Notes: a model not told the origin generated them from the letters alone. A DNA stretch of 64,000 nucleotides from Candidatus Nitrospinota bacterium M3_3B_026 (GCA_051418015.1 JBPRGF010000033.1:96001-160000); one strand, 5' to 3'; counted from the stretch's first letter, positions 1-10,385 are shown. A program made the numbers and translations.

Positions 1-530
1 TCCTGGCGCTGGGGACAGCGATACACTTCGCGCCGGATATCGACTTTCTCGCCTATTTATCCCTCGCGGACGAGGAGGCGGAGAAGGAAAAAAAGCTGAA
101 GGAGCACGTCGACTCCGCCGTCGCGGCGGAGGTAGACAAAAGGTTCCGGCAGGCCGTCGCGATGCTCCACGCCAAAAAATACGAGTACGCCGCGTCGGCC
201 CTGCATCGCGTGCTCGAGCTTCGGCCCAGGATGCCCGAGGCGCACGTCAACATGGGCTTCGCCATGCTCGGGATGGACGACTACAAGGCCGCGAGGGACT
301 TTTTCGAGGGGGCGATAGATATCCACCCGTCCCAGGAGAACGCCTATTACGGCCTGTCGCTTGCCCTGCGGGAGCTTGGCGATCTCGAGGGCGCCGTCGG
401 GGCGATGCGGACCTATGTTCATCTTGTGAAACCTGATAGCCCCTACCTTGAAAAAGCCCGGGCCAGCCTGGAGGAGATGGAAAACGAGCTGACCGAAAAA
501 CGGGGCGAACGATCCGTTACGATCGAATAG
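1..530 (+). CDS. TPR-repeat protein, 5' end outside window
   Basis: Frame is open from position 3 (LALGTAIHF...) into ORF 162..530. TPR-like helices: EAHVNMGFAML, NAYYGLSLALRELGD. Confidence 0.8.
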   Translation, partial: LALGTAIHFAPDIDFLAYLSLADEEAEKEKKLKEHVDSAVAAEVDKRFRQAVAMLHAKKYEYAASALHRVLELRPRMPEAHVNMGFAMLGMDDYKAARDFFEGAIDIHPSQENAYYGLSLALRELGDLEGAVGAMRTYVHLVKPDSPYLEKARASLEEMENELTEKRGERSVTIE

Positions 531-554
531 AAATATCCCCCTCGGCCCCATCTT

Positions 555-634
555 TTCTCAATATCGAGAATAGAGCAACCCAAAATCCCGATAGTGAGAA
601 AAAATATCTCTTTTTTCTTTCTCGGCATGGAAAT
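555..634. promoter_or_regulatory. Tandem TTCTC-N6-GAGAA palindromes, candidate enhancer-binding-protein sites
   Basis: TTCTCaatatcGAGAA at 555-570, ATCCCgatagtGAGAA at 585-600, weaker TTCTCggcatgGAAAT at 619-634. Same motif occurs at 24282-24318. Confidence 0.5.
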
Positions 635-927
635 ATTTGTTACAATCCTTTCGCTCGAGTTAAAGATGTTTTCAGCTAGCCGCTGGAGGGGCGGGCCGCA
701 GCGAGTGAGTCTGGTTGTTGATGTAATCTTATCGATAACAGATAGATACAGTCCTGGATAGCCTTGCTTCGCGTAACCGTGCTGTTTTTTGGCCCTGATG
801 GATGAGGCTTTTGGACATAAATGTCCTGTCAAAGTCCTTCCGCCCGCCTTTCCAGGCACGGAAAATGTATTGTACATAGCCAATGCCCGAAAAGCCCGTT
901 CAGTCATGATAGGGATTCTGTGACGTA

Positions 928-3672
928 ATGAAGCGTGAGAATGGATCGGGGGACGTTTCGGGAGCTTTGTCTTTCCACGAGCCCGGATTGGGGGACGGGC
1001 GAAGCTATCCATCGCCCTTGCGTCTTGTTTTTGTGGTAGTGGCTTCCGTTTTCTTTCTGGAAGCGGTGGTCATGCTTGTCATCAGGTTTTTTCCGTCCCT
1101 GCCCTTCGGGGCGATGGTTCTGGTCGACGCCGTGGCGCTGACCTTCCTGTCCCTTCCTCTCTTCTACTTTTTCGTGTACCGGCCCATGGCCTCCCAGATA
1201 TCGGAGCGGCGGCGCGTGGAGGAGGTATTAAGGGAGCGGGAGGAGAAGAGCCAGAGCCTCCTGGAGCAGATGTCGGACGTTTTCTGGGAAGTGGACTCCG
1301 AGTGCAGGTACGTTGAGGTGACCGGCGCCGTGAGGGGCGTTTTCGGTCTCGATCCCGACGAGGTTGCCGGCAGGGGAGTTTTTGATTTTATCCCGAAGGA
1401 CGAAGCGCGCCAGACGCGGGAAAAATGCGAGGCGATAAGATCGTCCCGCCTTCCTCTCCGGGATTTCGAGTACAGGATAGTCAGGAAGAACGGCGCCATC
1501 GCGAGCCTGCTGGTGAACGCCGTTCCCATAATCGGGCAGGACGGCGCCTTCGCTGGCTACCGGGGGATAATCCGGGACATAACCGACAGAAAGCGGTCCG
1601 AGGAGGCGTTGCGCGTCTCCGAGATGAAATACCGCATCATCGCCGACAACAACTACGACTGGGAGTTCTGGATATCACCCCGTGGTCATTTCCTCCACTC
1701 CTCGCCCTCGTGCGAGAGAATAACCGGCTACACCGCCAGGGAGTTTGAGGAGAACCAGAACCTCATGGGGCGGATCGTCCACCCCGACGACCAGGAGACA
1801 TTCAGCGAGTACATGAGCCGGGCCATGGAAAGCCGCGGCGGCGAGGAGGCCGAGTTTCGGATAATCAGCCGCGACGGGCGGACGCGAGTGGTCGCCAGCC
1901 TCTGCCAGCCTATACACGACGAAGACGGGCAGTTCCTCGGAGTCCGCGGCAGCAACAGGGACGTCACGGAGAAGAAGAAGACGGAGGCGGAGCTGCGCGA
2001 GTCGGAGCGCAGGTTCCGGGAGATCGTGGAGAACACTCGCCTCGCCGCGGTGATACTGGACCTCAACGGGAACATATTCTATCTCAATGACTACACCCTG
2101 GATCTCGTGGGCTACGAGCGGGGGGAGCTTGTGGGGCGCGACTTTTTCGCCAAGCTTACGGACCCCGCCGAAGGCCGGGAGTTGAAGGCTTTTCTGTACA
2201 GGGACATGGAGCATGGCAGAGTCCCAAGCCACAACACAGGCCGCCTGACGACCCGCGACGGGGGCAGGCTGGTCATATCCTGGAACAACACCATCCTGAA
2301 GGACGCCCGGGGCAGGGTGATAGGTGTGACGCTCATAGGCGAGGACATAACGGCCCGCCGCCGCGCCGAGGAGGCGCTCAAGCTCGCCCATGATGAGCTG
2401 GAGAGCAGGGTCCGGGAGCGCACGGCGGAGCTCTCCTCCCTGATAGAACAGTCGCCCATGGCCATCGCCGTGCTGGACATGGACGGGTGCCTGGAGCAGG
2501 TGAACAGCGCCTGGAAGGATTTCTACAACACCACCTTCGGCCGGCCGGTTCCTTCCGGCTACCGCGTTTTCGAGGACGCCGCGCTGGAGCGCCACGGACT
2601 GGCCTCAAAGGTTCGCGATGTCTTTGAAACGGGGAAGGTTTTCGTCAGCGGTCCTCTGTCCGTGGAGCGGGATGACGGCCGGGGCGGCGCCGGGACGAGG
2701 TGGATAGTGACCCGTTTCTCCGGCGTCGCGGGCGAGGACGGGAAGGTTCGCCGCGTCATCAACATGGTCGAAGACATCACGGAGCGGAAAAGCTCCGAGG
2801 AGGCGTTGCGCCTGGTGTCGGAAGGGTCGGCCGCAAAAACGGGGGAGGGCTTTTTCCGCGACTTCGTGAGATCCCTGGCGGCCGCGTTGGGAGTCCGCTA
2901 TGTCTTCATCGCCGAGTTGGCGAGGGAGAAGGAGAAGGTCCGGACGATCGCCTTCTGGGAGAACGAGAAGTTCCTCGAGAACCTGGAGTACGACCTTGAC
3001 GCGACGCCCTGCGCGAGGGTGTACGAGACCAGGGAGCCGTGCTTTTATCCCAATGACGTGCAGGCGCTTTTCCCCGGGGACAGGATGCTCGTGGAGATGG
3101 AGGCGGAGAGCTATTACGGAGTCCCCATCCTCAGCTCGTCCGGCGAGGCGCTGGGGCACATCGGCATTCTGGACGACAAGCCTATGGCAGAGAACGAGGG
3201 GGTGGAGTCCATACTCAGGATATTCGCCGCCCGGGCCTGCTCGGAGCTTGTCCGCAAACACGCCGAGGAAGCCCTGCGCGAATCCCACGAGACGATGGCC
3301 GCGGTCATGGACGGCATCGACGCGGCGATCTACGTCGCGGACATGGAGACTTACGAGATACTTTTCGCGAACAGGTATCTGAAGGACGTCTTCGGCGATG
3401 TGGTGGGAAAGACCTGCTGGAAGGCGCTGCAGAAGGATCAGAATGGCCCGTGCTCGTTCTGCTCGAACGAAAAACTGGTTACAGAAGACGGGGAGCCGGC
3501 GGGGGTCTATGTCTGGGAGTTGCAGAACACGGCCAACGGCCGCTGGTACGAGATCCATGACCGCGCCATCCGGTGGATCGACGGGCGTGTGGCTCGGATG
3601 GAGGTCGCCACGGATATAACGGAACGCAAAAGGATGGAGGAGGCCTTCAGCCAGCTCAGGCCCGTGACCTGA
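928..3672 (+). CDS. Membrane-anchored multi-PAS/GAF sensory protein without output domain
   Basis: Two N-terminal TM helices, several PAS/PAC units ending in DIT/DVT motifs, and a GAF segment (TPCARV...SYYGVPI). Stops 19 aa after the start of the last DIT motif. Confidence 0.85.
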   Translation: MKRENGSGDVSGALSFHEPGLGDGRSYPSPLRLVFVVVASVFFLEAVVMLVIRFFPSLPFGAMVLVDAVALTFLSLPLFYFFVYRPMASQISERRRVEEVLREREEKSQSLLEQMSDVFWEVDSECRYVEVTGAVRGVFGLDPDEVAGRGVFDFIPKDEARQTREKCEAIRSSRLPLRDFEYRIVRKNGAIASLLVNAVPIIGQDGAFAGYRGIIRDITDRKRSEEALRVSEMKYRIIADNNYDWEFWISPRGHFLHSSPSCERITGYTAREFEENQNLMGRIVHPDDQETFSEYMSRAMESRGGEEAEFRIISRDGRTRVVASLCQPIHDEDGQFLGVRGSNRDVTEKKKTEAELRESERRFREIVENTRLAAVILDLNGNIFYLNDYTLDLVGYERGELVGRDFFAKLTDPAEGRELKAFLYRDMEHGRVPSHNTGRLTTRDGGRLVISWNNTILKDARGRVIGVTLIGEDITARRRAEEALKLAHDELESRVRERTAELSSLIEQSPMAIAVLDMDGCLEQVNSAWKDFYNTTFGRPVPSGYRVFEDAALERHGLASKVRDVFETGKVFVSGPLSVERDDGRGGAGTRWIVTRFSGVAGEDGKVRRVINMVEDITERKSSEEALRLVSEGSAAKTGEGFFRDFVRSLAAALGVRYVFIAELAREKEKVRTIAFWENEKFLENLEYDLDATPCARVYETREPCFYPNDVQALFPGDRMLVEMEAESYYGVPILSSSGEALGHIGILDDKPMAENEGVESILRIFAARACSELVRKHAEEALRESHETMAAVMDGIDAAIYVADMETYEILFANRYLKDVFGDVVGKTCWKALQKDQNGPCSFCSNEKLVTEDGEPAGVYVWELQNTANGRWYEIHDRAIRWIDGRVARMEVATDITERKRMEEAFSQLRPVT

Positions 3673-3945
3673 CCGCCGCCGGAAAAAATCGCCATCTTCT
3701 CCAGCCGCCTGCCTCAAAAGTTATAAAAGCCCCCGCTTCCCGGCGTTGCCTTGAGCTTGTCCGGAGCCCCGAAAACGTGATACTCTATTTATATTGCCTG
3801 GAGAGGAGAGTGTAAGCCTTTTCCAACCAATGAGATAGATGCTAAAATAAGACTGTGGCCGCGTTCCGCGTCATAGCGTGGTTCGAGGTTTCCGTCACAA
3901 CCAGATGTTGTATCCGTGTGTTTTTTTGGATGGCTTGCGTGATAT

Positions 3946-5625
3946 ATGTCCAGGCTCATGCTTCAGAGGGAAGGACAGGCAAAGTCGATGATGACACCAG
4001 GCTCCACGCTGGAAAAGGAGCCGCCGGGAAGGATTGAATCGTCCCCGGGGCCGGGGGAGAGACAAGCCTCGGAAGCCTATTCAGCGAAATCGGGGAAAGG
4101 CGCCGGAGACTTCCCGCCGGATGGCCGGGGGCCGCGGATTTTCCCCCTCAAGACCAAGGGTTACATATTCCTCGGCGTCCTGGTCTGTTACGCGGCTTTC
4201 CTGACCGTCTACGTCCTGGGGCAGAAAGAGATACTTTTCGCCCGGTTCGTGGAGATGGACAAGGCCTACGAGGCCGAATGGGAGCTGCGGCAGGCTGACC
4301 TCTCCGTTTTCAACAGTCTCATGACCATCTACACCGATATAGACTCGCTCAACACGAGGAACTTTGGGACCAGCCACATCCGCGACAACCTGGAAGTGAT
4401 AAAAACCAAGTTCAAGAAGCTGGAGAGCAATTTTCCTGAAGGCGCCGCCTCCTTCACGGCCCTTGGCGCCGGGCTGGACGCGGCGATAAAGGAGCCCACC
4501 AGGCACAACCTCGCCTCCCTGCGCAAGACCCTGGGGGGCGTCCGGGCGGAGCTGACGAGGCTTGTGATGGAGAGGCAGGATCGGCTGAACGCCCTCGTGA
4601 ACGACTACCGCGCCGCCAGCGAAAACGTCACGATGAATATACTGGCGCTGGGCCTCTCCGGTATGGCTCTCACGATGATCTTCGTGGGCCTGTTTTTCAC
4701 CCGCCTGACCAACGACCTCAAGACCCTGGAGAGGCGCGCCGGGGAGATAGTGACTGGGGGGAAAAGCGGCCCGGAAAAAAACAGCGTGTCCCGGCGTTCG
4801 GACGAGGTGGGGCAACTGGGGTTTGCGATCGAGCGGATGGCCTCCGCCCTGGAAGAGAGGGAGCGGGAGCTTGAGATAGAGCGCAAGAAGATGTTCCACA
4901 GGGAGAAGATGGCCGCCATCGGAACGCTGGCCGCCGGGATCGCCCACGAGGTGGGCAACCCCATAGCGGCGATAAGCGCCCTGGTGAACGAGACCCGCAA
5001 GGAGCAGGTGGGGGAAGACTCCAGCATATGCGCCAACTCCGCCTGCAAGGGCAACCTGGATTTCATACTGCACCACACCGAGCGGCTGGCGAACATAACC
5101 AGGGAGATATCGGCCTTCTCCACCCCCCAGCCGGAGGACCGGCGGCTCCTTGACATAAACGCCATAGCCCGCAACGCAAGCAGCCTGATGAAATACGACA
5201 AGCGTTTCAGCAGGGTGGATTTGCAGCTCAACCTGGATAGCCAGCTGCCCGCCGTCTATGGCGTGGGCGACCAGCTTTTGCAGGTGATAATGAACCTGCT
5301 TATCAACGCCTCCGACGCCCTGGCGGACGTGAGCGACAGGTCCGGGACCGTGACCCTCTCGACGGAGGTGGAGGACGGCGTGGTGAGGATATCCGTGACG
5401 GACAACGGCCACGGCATGAGCCAGCATACCATCGACCACGCCTTCGAGGCGTTCTTCACCACCAAGCCGGTTGGCAAGGGGACGGGGCTGGGCCTTTCCC
5501 TGTGCCATTCCATCATAGCGGGCCACGCAGGGACGATGGAGCTGGAGTCCAGCCCCGGCGGGGGGGCGAAGGTGACGGTGGCGCTGCCGGTGAACGGGTT
5601 CAAAGAGGAGGGGGAAGAGGCGTGA
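3946..5625 (+). CDS. HAMP-containing sensor histidine kinase (start uncertain, may be further downstream)
   Basis: 2 TM, HAMP (DEVGQL), H-box GIAHEVGNP, N-box QVIMNLLINA, DNGHG, FFTTKPVGKGTGLGL. Confidence 0.92.
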   Translation: MSRLMLQREGQAKSMMTPGSTLEKEPPGRIESSPGPGERQASEAYSAKSGKGAGDFPPDGRGPRIFPLKTKGYIFLGVLVCYAAFLTVYVLGQKEILFARFVEMDKAYEAEWELRQADLSVFNSLMTIYTDIDSLNTRNFGTSHIRDNLEVIKTKFKKLESNFPEGAASFTALGAGLDAAIKEPTRHNLASLRKTLGGVRAELTRLVMERQDRLNALVNDYRAASENVTMNILALGLSGMALTMIFVGLFFTRLTNDLKTLERRAGEIVTGGKSGPEKNSVSRRSDEVGQLGFAIERMASALEERERELEIERKKMFHREKMAAIGTLAAGIAHEVGNPIAAISALVNETRKEQVGEDSSICANSACKGNLDFILHHTERLANITREISAFSTPQPEDRRLLDINAIARNASSLMKYDKRFSRVDLQLNLDSQLPAVYGVGDQLLQVIMNLLINASDALADVSDRSGTVTLSTEVEDGVVRISVTDNGHGMSQHTIDHAFEAFFTTKPVGKGTGLGLSLCHSIIAGHAGTMELESSPGGGAKVTVALPVNGFKEEGEEA

Positions 5626-5626
5626 G

Positions 5627-7009
5627 ATGACAGTCTCCAACGTTCTTGTTGTGGATGACGAACCTGCCATCCGGCAGGTGCTTGCTTCTTATATACGAAA
5701 AGCCGGGTACACCGTGGACGTGGCCGAGAGCGGGGAAGAGGCGCTTCGCAAGATAGCCGGCGGCGACTTCGACATAGCCGTCTGCGACATCAAGATGCCA
5801 GATGTCGACGGCATCGAGGTGATCCGCAGGGCGCGGGCGCAGAGCCCGGAGACCACGTTCCTGATGATGACGGCCTACGCCTCGGTGAACACCGCCATAG
5901 AGGCGATGAAGGCGGGGGCTTACGACTACATGATAAAACCGATGCGCGAAGAGGACGTCCTGCACCGTCTGGCCCAGGTGGACAGGATGATCGGGCTGAG
6001 AAACGAGAACCAGGCCCTGCGCAGGATCGTCCTGGGGCAAAGCGAGGGGCAATGCCGCCTGGAGTCCAGGGCCATGAAAGAGGTGGAGAACCTGATAAAC
6101 AAGGTGGCCCCCACGGACAATACGGTCCTGATAACCGGGGAGAGCGGCTCCGGCAAGGGCATGGTGGCCCGTGCCATCCACCAGGGCAGCCCCAGGGCCG
6201 GCGCGCCGTTCATACCGGTCAATTGCGGCGCCATCCCGGAAAACCTGCTGGAGAGCGAGTTCTTCGGCCACGTGAAAGGGGCCTTCACTGGCGCCGTCAA
6301 GTCCAAGAAAGGGCTCTTCCTGGAGGCCCACAACGGCACGATATTCCTCGACGAGATAGGGGAGCTGCCGTTGCACCTGCAAGTGAAGCTCCTCCACGCC
6401 ATAGAGGACAAAGAGATAAGGCCCGTCGGCGGCGAGCAGACACGCCACGCGGACGTGCGCATAATCGCGGCCACCAACAGAGACCCCGCCAGGATGGTGG
6501 AGAGAGGGGAGCTGCGCGAGGACCTTTATTTCAGGATAAACGTTTTCCATATACACATTCCCCCGTTGAGGGAGCGCCCGGAGGACATAATGGCCCTCGT
6601 GAAATTTTTCCTGGACAGGGAGACGGCGAAGCTCACGCCAGGCAAAAGCTGCGGCCTGGATCCGGACGCGGAGGAGGCCCTGCTTGGTCATGACTGGCCC
6701 GGCAACGTGCGCGAGCTGGAAAACATCGTAACCAGGGCCTTCACCATGGCCGACGGCGACCGGATAACGATATCCGACCTGCCCCCGAACGTCATGAGGA
6801 CGACCTTGAGGCAGGAGCCCGAAAGCGGCGCCGGGGGGCAAGGAAAAAATCTGCGGGAACAGGTGAGGCTGTTCGAGGCGAACCTTATACAGCAGACGCT
6901 GGATGAGACCGACGGGGACAGGAAACTGGCCGCCCAGAGGCTGGGGATAGGGCTCTCCAGCCTGTACCGCAAGATCGAGGAAATTGAAAAAAGCGGGTCA
7001 TTGAATTGA
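5627..7009 (+). CDS. Sigma-54-dependent response regulator (NtrC/AtoC family)
   Basis: REC domain (VVDDE, DIKMP), GESGSGK, GAFTGA, FLDEIGE, WPGNVREL, Fis-type HTH. Confidence 0.95.
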   Translation: MTVSNVLVVDDEPAIRQVLASYIRKAGYTVDVAESGEEALRKIAGGDFDIAVCDIKMPDVDGIEVIRRARAQSPETTFLMMTAYASVNTAIEAMKAGAYDYMIKPMREEDVLHRLAQVDRMIGLRNENQALRRIVLGQSEGQCRLESRAMKEVENLINKVAPTDNTVLITGESGSGKGMVARAIHQGSPRAGAPFIPVNCGAIPENLLESEFFGHVKGAFTGAVKSKKGLFLEAHNGTIFLDEIGELPLHLQVKLLHAIEDKEIRPVGGEQTRHADVRIIAATNRDPARMVERGELREDLYFRINVFHIHIPPLRERPEDIMALVKFFLDRETAKLTPGKSCGLDPDAEEALLGHDWPGNVRELENIVTRAFTMADGDRITISDLPPNVMRTTLRQEPESGAGGQGKNLREQVRLFEANLIQQTLDETDGDRKLAAQRLGIGLSSLYRKIEEIEKSGSLN

Positions 7010-7028
7010 GAAAAGCCCGGTATGGCGC

Positions 7029-7056
7029 TTGACAACGCGGATAACGGTACTATAAA
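7029..7056 (+). promoter_or_regulatory. Sigma-70-like promoter upstream of Sel1/cytochrome/propeller genes
   Basis: TTGACA-N16-TATAAA. Confidence 0.55.
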
Positions 7057-7102
7057 TTTCAGCATTTTCCACGCTCCTTTATAAAATTTGCGGATATACG
7101 AG

Positions 7103-7684
7103 ATGTCACACGCCTGGATAACGGTGGCCGCGCTCGGCGCCGCGGCGGTCTTTTTTACGCTGCCGGCGCCCTATTCCGCCGCCGGGCCGGAGGAGGATTA
7201 CCAGAAGGGGTTCGAGCTGTACGACGAGAAAGCCGATGTCATCGCCGCCATGGAGTACCTTAAAAAAGCCGCGGACGCGGGACACGCCGGGGCCCAGGCG
7301 CTTTTGGGGTATCTTTACGATTACTCCGAGATGGACGAGGAGGCGGTGAAGATGTACGAGAAAGCCGCCGCCCAGGGAAGCGCGGAGGGCGAATACGGCC
7401 TGGGGACCATGTACGCCAAAGGGGAGGGCGTCGAGCGGGACGAGAAAAAGGCTTTCCACCTGGTAAAGTCCGCGGCGGAAAAGGGCTATTACAGGGCCGT
7501 CCTGAAGATGGTGAGCGTGTACGAAAGCGGTGAGCTGGGCCAGCCCGTGGACCCGGAAAAGAGCGCCTATTGGAAGAAGAAGCACGAAGCCATCCAGGAG
7601 AAGAAGAGGCGGGAGCGGGAGGCGGCCCGCGCGGCGGAGAAGGACGGGGAAGAAAAACAAAACGATGAAAAGAACAGGGAATGA
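7103..7684 (+). CDS. Secreted Sel1-like repeat protein
   Basis: Signal peptide; AQALLGYLY and GEYGLGTMYAKGEGVERD Sel1 repeats. Confidence 0.88.
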   Translation: MSHAWITVAALGAAAVFFTLPAPYSAAGPEEDYQKGFELYDEKADVIAAMEYLKKAADAGHAGAQALLGYLYDYSEMDEEAVKMYEKAAAQGSAEGEYGLGTMYAKGEGVERDEKKAFHLVKSAAEKGYYRAVLKMVSVYESGELGQPVDPEKSAYWKKKHEAIQEKKRREREAARAAEKDGEEKQNDEKNRE

Positions 7685-8016
7685 CCGGGAACAGTTGTAG
7701 TAAAATTCAACTTTTGGCCGCTTTGGTTTTCGCTTTTTCGCTTTTCCCGGAGGCGTCATCGGGGCAGACGCGCTCTCTGAAGATCGACGAGGGAAAAAAG
7801 CTCTACGAGCGCCACTGCCTGTCGTGCCATGGAAAAAACGGCGAGCCCAGGATGCCGGGCGCGCCGGACATGAGGCGCGGCGAGGGGCTGCTGAAGCCGG
7901 AGAGGGTGATATTCGACACGATAATGAACGGGAAATTCGCCATGCCGGCCTACAGGGGTATCCTCACGGAGGACGAGGCTTTAAGCGTGATCTCATATAT
8001 CAGGATGTTCTACTGA
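7681..8016 (+). CDS. Monoheme class I cytochrome c (c6-like)
   Basis: Signal peptide, CLSCH, distal Met in MPAY. Confidence 0.9.
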   Translation: MTGNSCSKIQLLAALVFAFSLFPEASSGQTRSLKIDEGKKLYERHCLSCHGKNGEPRMPGAPDMRRGEGLLKPERVIFDTIMNGKFAMPAYRGILTEDEALSVISYIRMFY

Positions 8017-9083
8017 TGCGGGCCTGGCTCTTCGCCTTGCTGATGACGGGGGCGGCGTCCGCCGCTTTTCCGCCACCCAGCGCGGCGTCAAACGGCGAAT
8101 GGGGCGTCAGGGAGACTTTCAAGGTCGGGGAAAACGTATACGTCCGGGCCATCACTGTGGACAAGGACAGAAACTCCATCTGGATAGGCAGCTCCGTGGG
8201 AGTCCTGGAGATAGACCTGGCCAGCCGCTCCATGCTCCACACATTCACAAGGAAAGACGGCCTGGCCAACGAGTACGTCTTCGCCATAGGGGTGGACAGA
8301 GAGGGATATAAATGGTTCGGCACGAACGCGGGAGGCGCCACAAGGTATAAAGACGGATCGTGGAAAACCTTTTTCCCCATGCACGGCCTGGCCGACTACT
8401 GGGTCTACAGCTTCACCACGCAGAGGAACGGAACCCTGTGGATCGGCACATGGGCGGGGGCCAACAGGGTGGACCCTGAGACGGGGGAATGGACGACGTA
8501 CCTGGAGGAGCTGGTCAACGAGTGGGTTTACGCCCTGGCGGTGGACTCGAAGGACCGCGTCTGGTTCGGCACGGAAGGCGGGATAAACAGGTTCGACGGA
8601 GAGAATTGGGCCGTGTGGACGCACGAGGACGGCCTGGGCGCTCCCAACCGGGACGGGCTCAAACGAAGCTCGAACACCGGCCTCGGCACCCGCTCCCGCC
8701 ACGACCTCGGCGTCCTGTCCGGAGGCAGGCCCACCTATAACCCGAACTATGTCTTCTCGCTGATAATAGAGCCGGACGACACCGTGTGGGCCGGGACATG
8801 GGGCGGTGGCGTCAGCCGCTTCGACGGGAAGAAGTGGACGAACTACACAAAAAGCGACGGGCTGGCGGGAAATATCGTTTACAGTATCGCAAGGGGCAAG
8901 GACGGGGCGTTGTGGTTCGGGACCAATGGGGGGGTTACTAGATACGACGGCAAGACGTGGACAAGCTTCGGCGTCCGCGAAGGGCTGTTCGACAGCGACG
9001 TTTACGCCCTGGCCGCAGCGCCGGACGGCGATGTGTGGGCCGGGACGAAGCACGGCGTCAGCATCATCGGGGAGACAAAATAG
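8016..9083 (+). CDS. Secreted beta-propeller protein (two-component regulator propeller repeats), stand-alone
   Basis: ATG overlaps upstream TGA; signal peptide; repeated DGL.N.V..I..D..G..W.GT.GG blades. Confidence 0.85.
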   Translation: MRAWLFALLMTGAASAAFPPPSAASNGEWGVRETFKVGENVYVRAITVDKDRNSIWIGSSVGVLEIDLASRSMLHTFTRKDGLANEYVFAIGVDREGYKWFGTNAGGATRYKDGSWKTFFPMHGLADYWVYSFTTQRNGTLWIGTWAGANRVDPETGEWTTYLEELVNEWVYALAVDSKDRVWFGTEGGINRFDGENWAVWTHEDGLGAPNRDGLKRSSNTGLGTRSRHDLGVLSGGRPTYNPNYVFSLIIEPDDTVWAGTWGGGVSRFDGKKWTNYTKSDGLAGNIVYSIARGKDGALWFGTNGGVTRYDGKTWTSFGVREGLFDSDVYALAAAPDGDVWAGTKHGVSIIGETK

Positions 9084-9098
9084 GAACGGAGAAGCGCA

Positions 9099-10385
9099 TT
9101 GAAGATAGACATTAAATGGGCGGTGGCGGCGGTGGCCATGGTTATCCTGGCGGCGGCCGCCTATACGATAGGCAGAGAACAGGGGCGCGAGGATCGGGTG
9201 TCCGCGCCGGAGGAAGCCGCCGAGCGGACGGCGAAAACCCACCCTTCCCCCGCCGTGGAGCCGGGTAAAAGAAGCCCGGGACAGGCGCATCCGCCGATCC
9301 AGCGCGGCCGCGAGACCGGCGCGCCTCAAAGGGGCGTCACACCGGCCAGGCCGGGAGATGACTACACCCACTTCCGCGTGGGCAACAGGAACGTCAAGGA
9401 CATATACGCCGACGGCCCGCTGGTCTGGGTCGGCTTTTCCGGCGGCGTGATTCGCTACGACACCAGGACAGGGGATTACCGCCTGTTCGACAACCGCAGC
9501 GGGCTCCTTTCGAACGGCGTGTTTCACGTCAGCAAGCTCGGCGACAGGATAGTAGTCGGCACTTACGGCGGCGGGATGTCCCTTTACGACAAGCAGGCCG
9601 ACCAGTGGGACAACATAAACATCCCCGACGGGCTTGGCGACCAGTTCGTCTACGATGTTCTGAAAACCTCGTCGGGCGATGTCTGGATAGCCACCTGGTC
9701 CGGCGTCAACAGGGTCCGGGGCGGGCAGCTGCGCAACCGCGGGGCGTGGGATCTTTTCACCGTGGAGAACACCGGCGGCGGCCTGCCCAACGACTGGGTC
9801 TATTGCCTCGGCGAAGGCTCCAACGGTGAGATATGGCTGGGGACCGAAGGCGGGCTGGCGCGGTTCAAGGAAGGCGAGTGGGAGAACTGGCAGCATAGCG
9901 ACGGCCTCGGCGCGCCGTATGAGAAAGTCCGCGACGACATAAAGTTCAAGAACGATCCCGGCAGCATGTCGGAGCACCACCGCAGGCAGAAGGAGGAGCA
10001 GGGGCTGGAGGGGGTCGATATAGCCTACAACCCCAACTACATAGTCTCCATGACCGTCGACAGGCGCGACGGCGTCGTCTGGGCCGGAACGTGGGGCGGA
10101 GGCATCGGCAGGTTCGACGGGACGAGCTGGAAAAACTATACCGTGGACGAGGGACTGCCCGGCAATCACATCTTCATGCTGCGCCAGGACGCCGAAGGCA
10201 GAGTATGGGCCGGGACGAACAACGGCCTCGCGCGAATGGACGCCAAGGGCGAGTTCACGGTCTACACCAGGAAAGACGGGCTGTTCAGCGACAACGTCTT
10301 CTCCATGGCCTTCGCCGGCGACGGCTCGGTATGGGTCGGCAGCTTCGGCGGCGTGGCGCGTCTGGCGGAGGGTGTTCTGGAGTAA
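9099..10385 (+). CDS. Second beta-propeller protein with N-terminal anchor
   Basis: TTG start, hydrophobic N-terminus, Pro-rich linker, same repeat type (GLPNDWV, WAGTWGGG). Confidence 0.85.
   Translation: MKIDIKWAVAAVAMVILAAAAYTIGREQGREDRVSAPEEAAERTAKTHPSPAVEPGKRSPGQAHPPIQRGRETGAPQRGVTPARPGDDYTHFRVGNRNVKDIYADGPLVWVGFSGGVIRYDTRTGDYRLFDNRSGLLSNGVFHVSKLGDRIVVGTYGGGMSLYDKQADQWDNINIPDGLGDQFVYDVLKTSSGDVWIATWSGVNRVRGGQLRNRGAWDLFTVENTGGGLPNDWVYCLGEGSNGEIWLGTEGGLARFKEGEWENWQHSDGLGAPYEKVRDDIKFKNDPGSMSEHHRRQKEEQGLEGVDIAYNPNYIVSMTVDRRDGVVWAGTWGGGIGRFDGTSWKNYTVDEGLPGNHIFMLRQDAEGRVWAGTNNGLARMDAKGEFTVYTRKDGLFSDNVFSMAFAGDGSVWVGSFGGVARLAEGVLE

Noticed and set aside
443..1012. 189-aa minus-strand ORF across the AT-rich intergenic region
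   Set aside because: Overlaps both flanking genes and has atypical composition; the region reads better as regulatory DNA.
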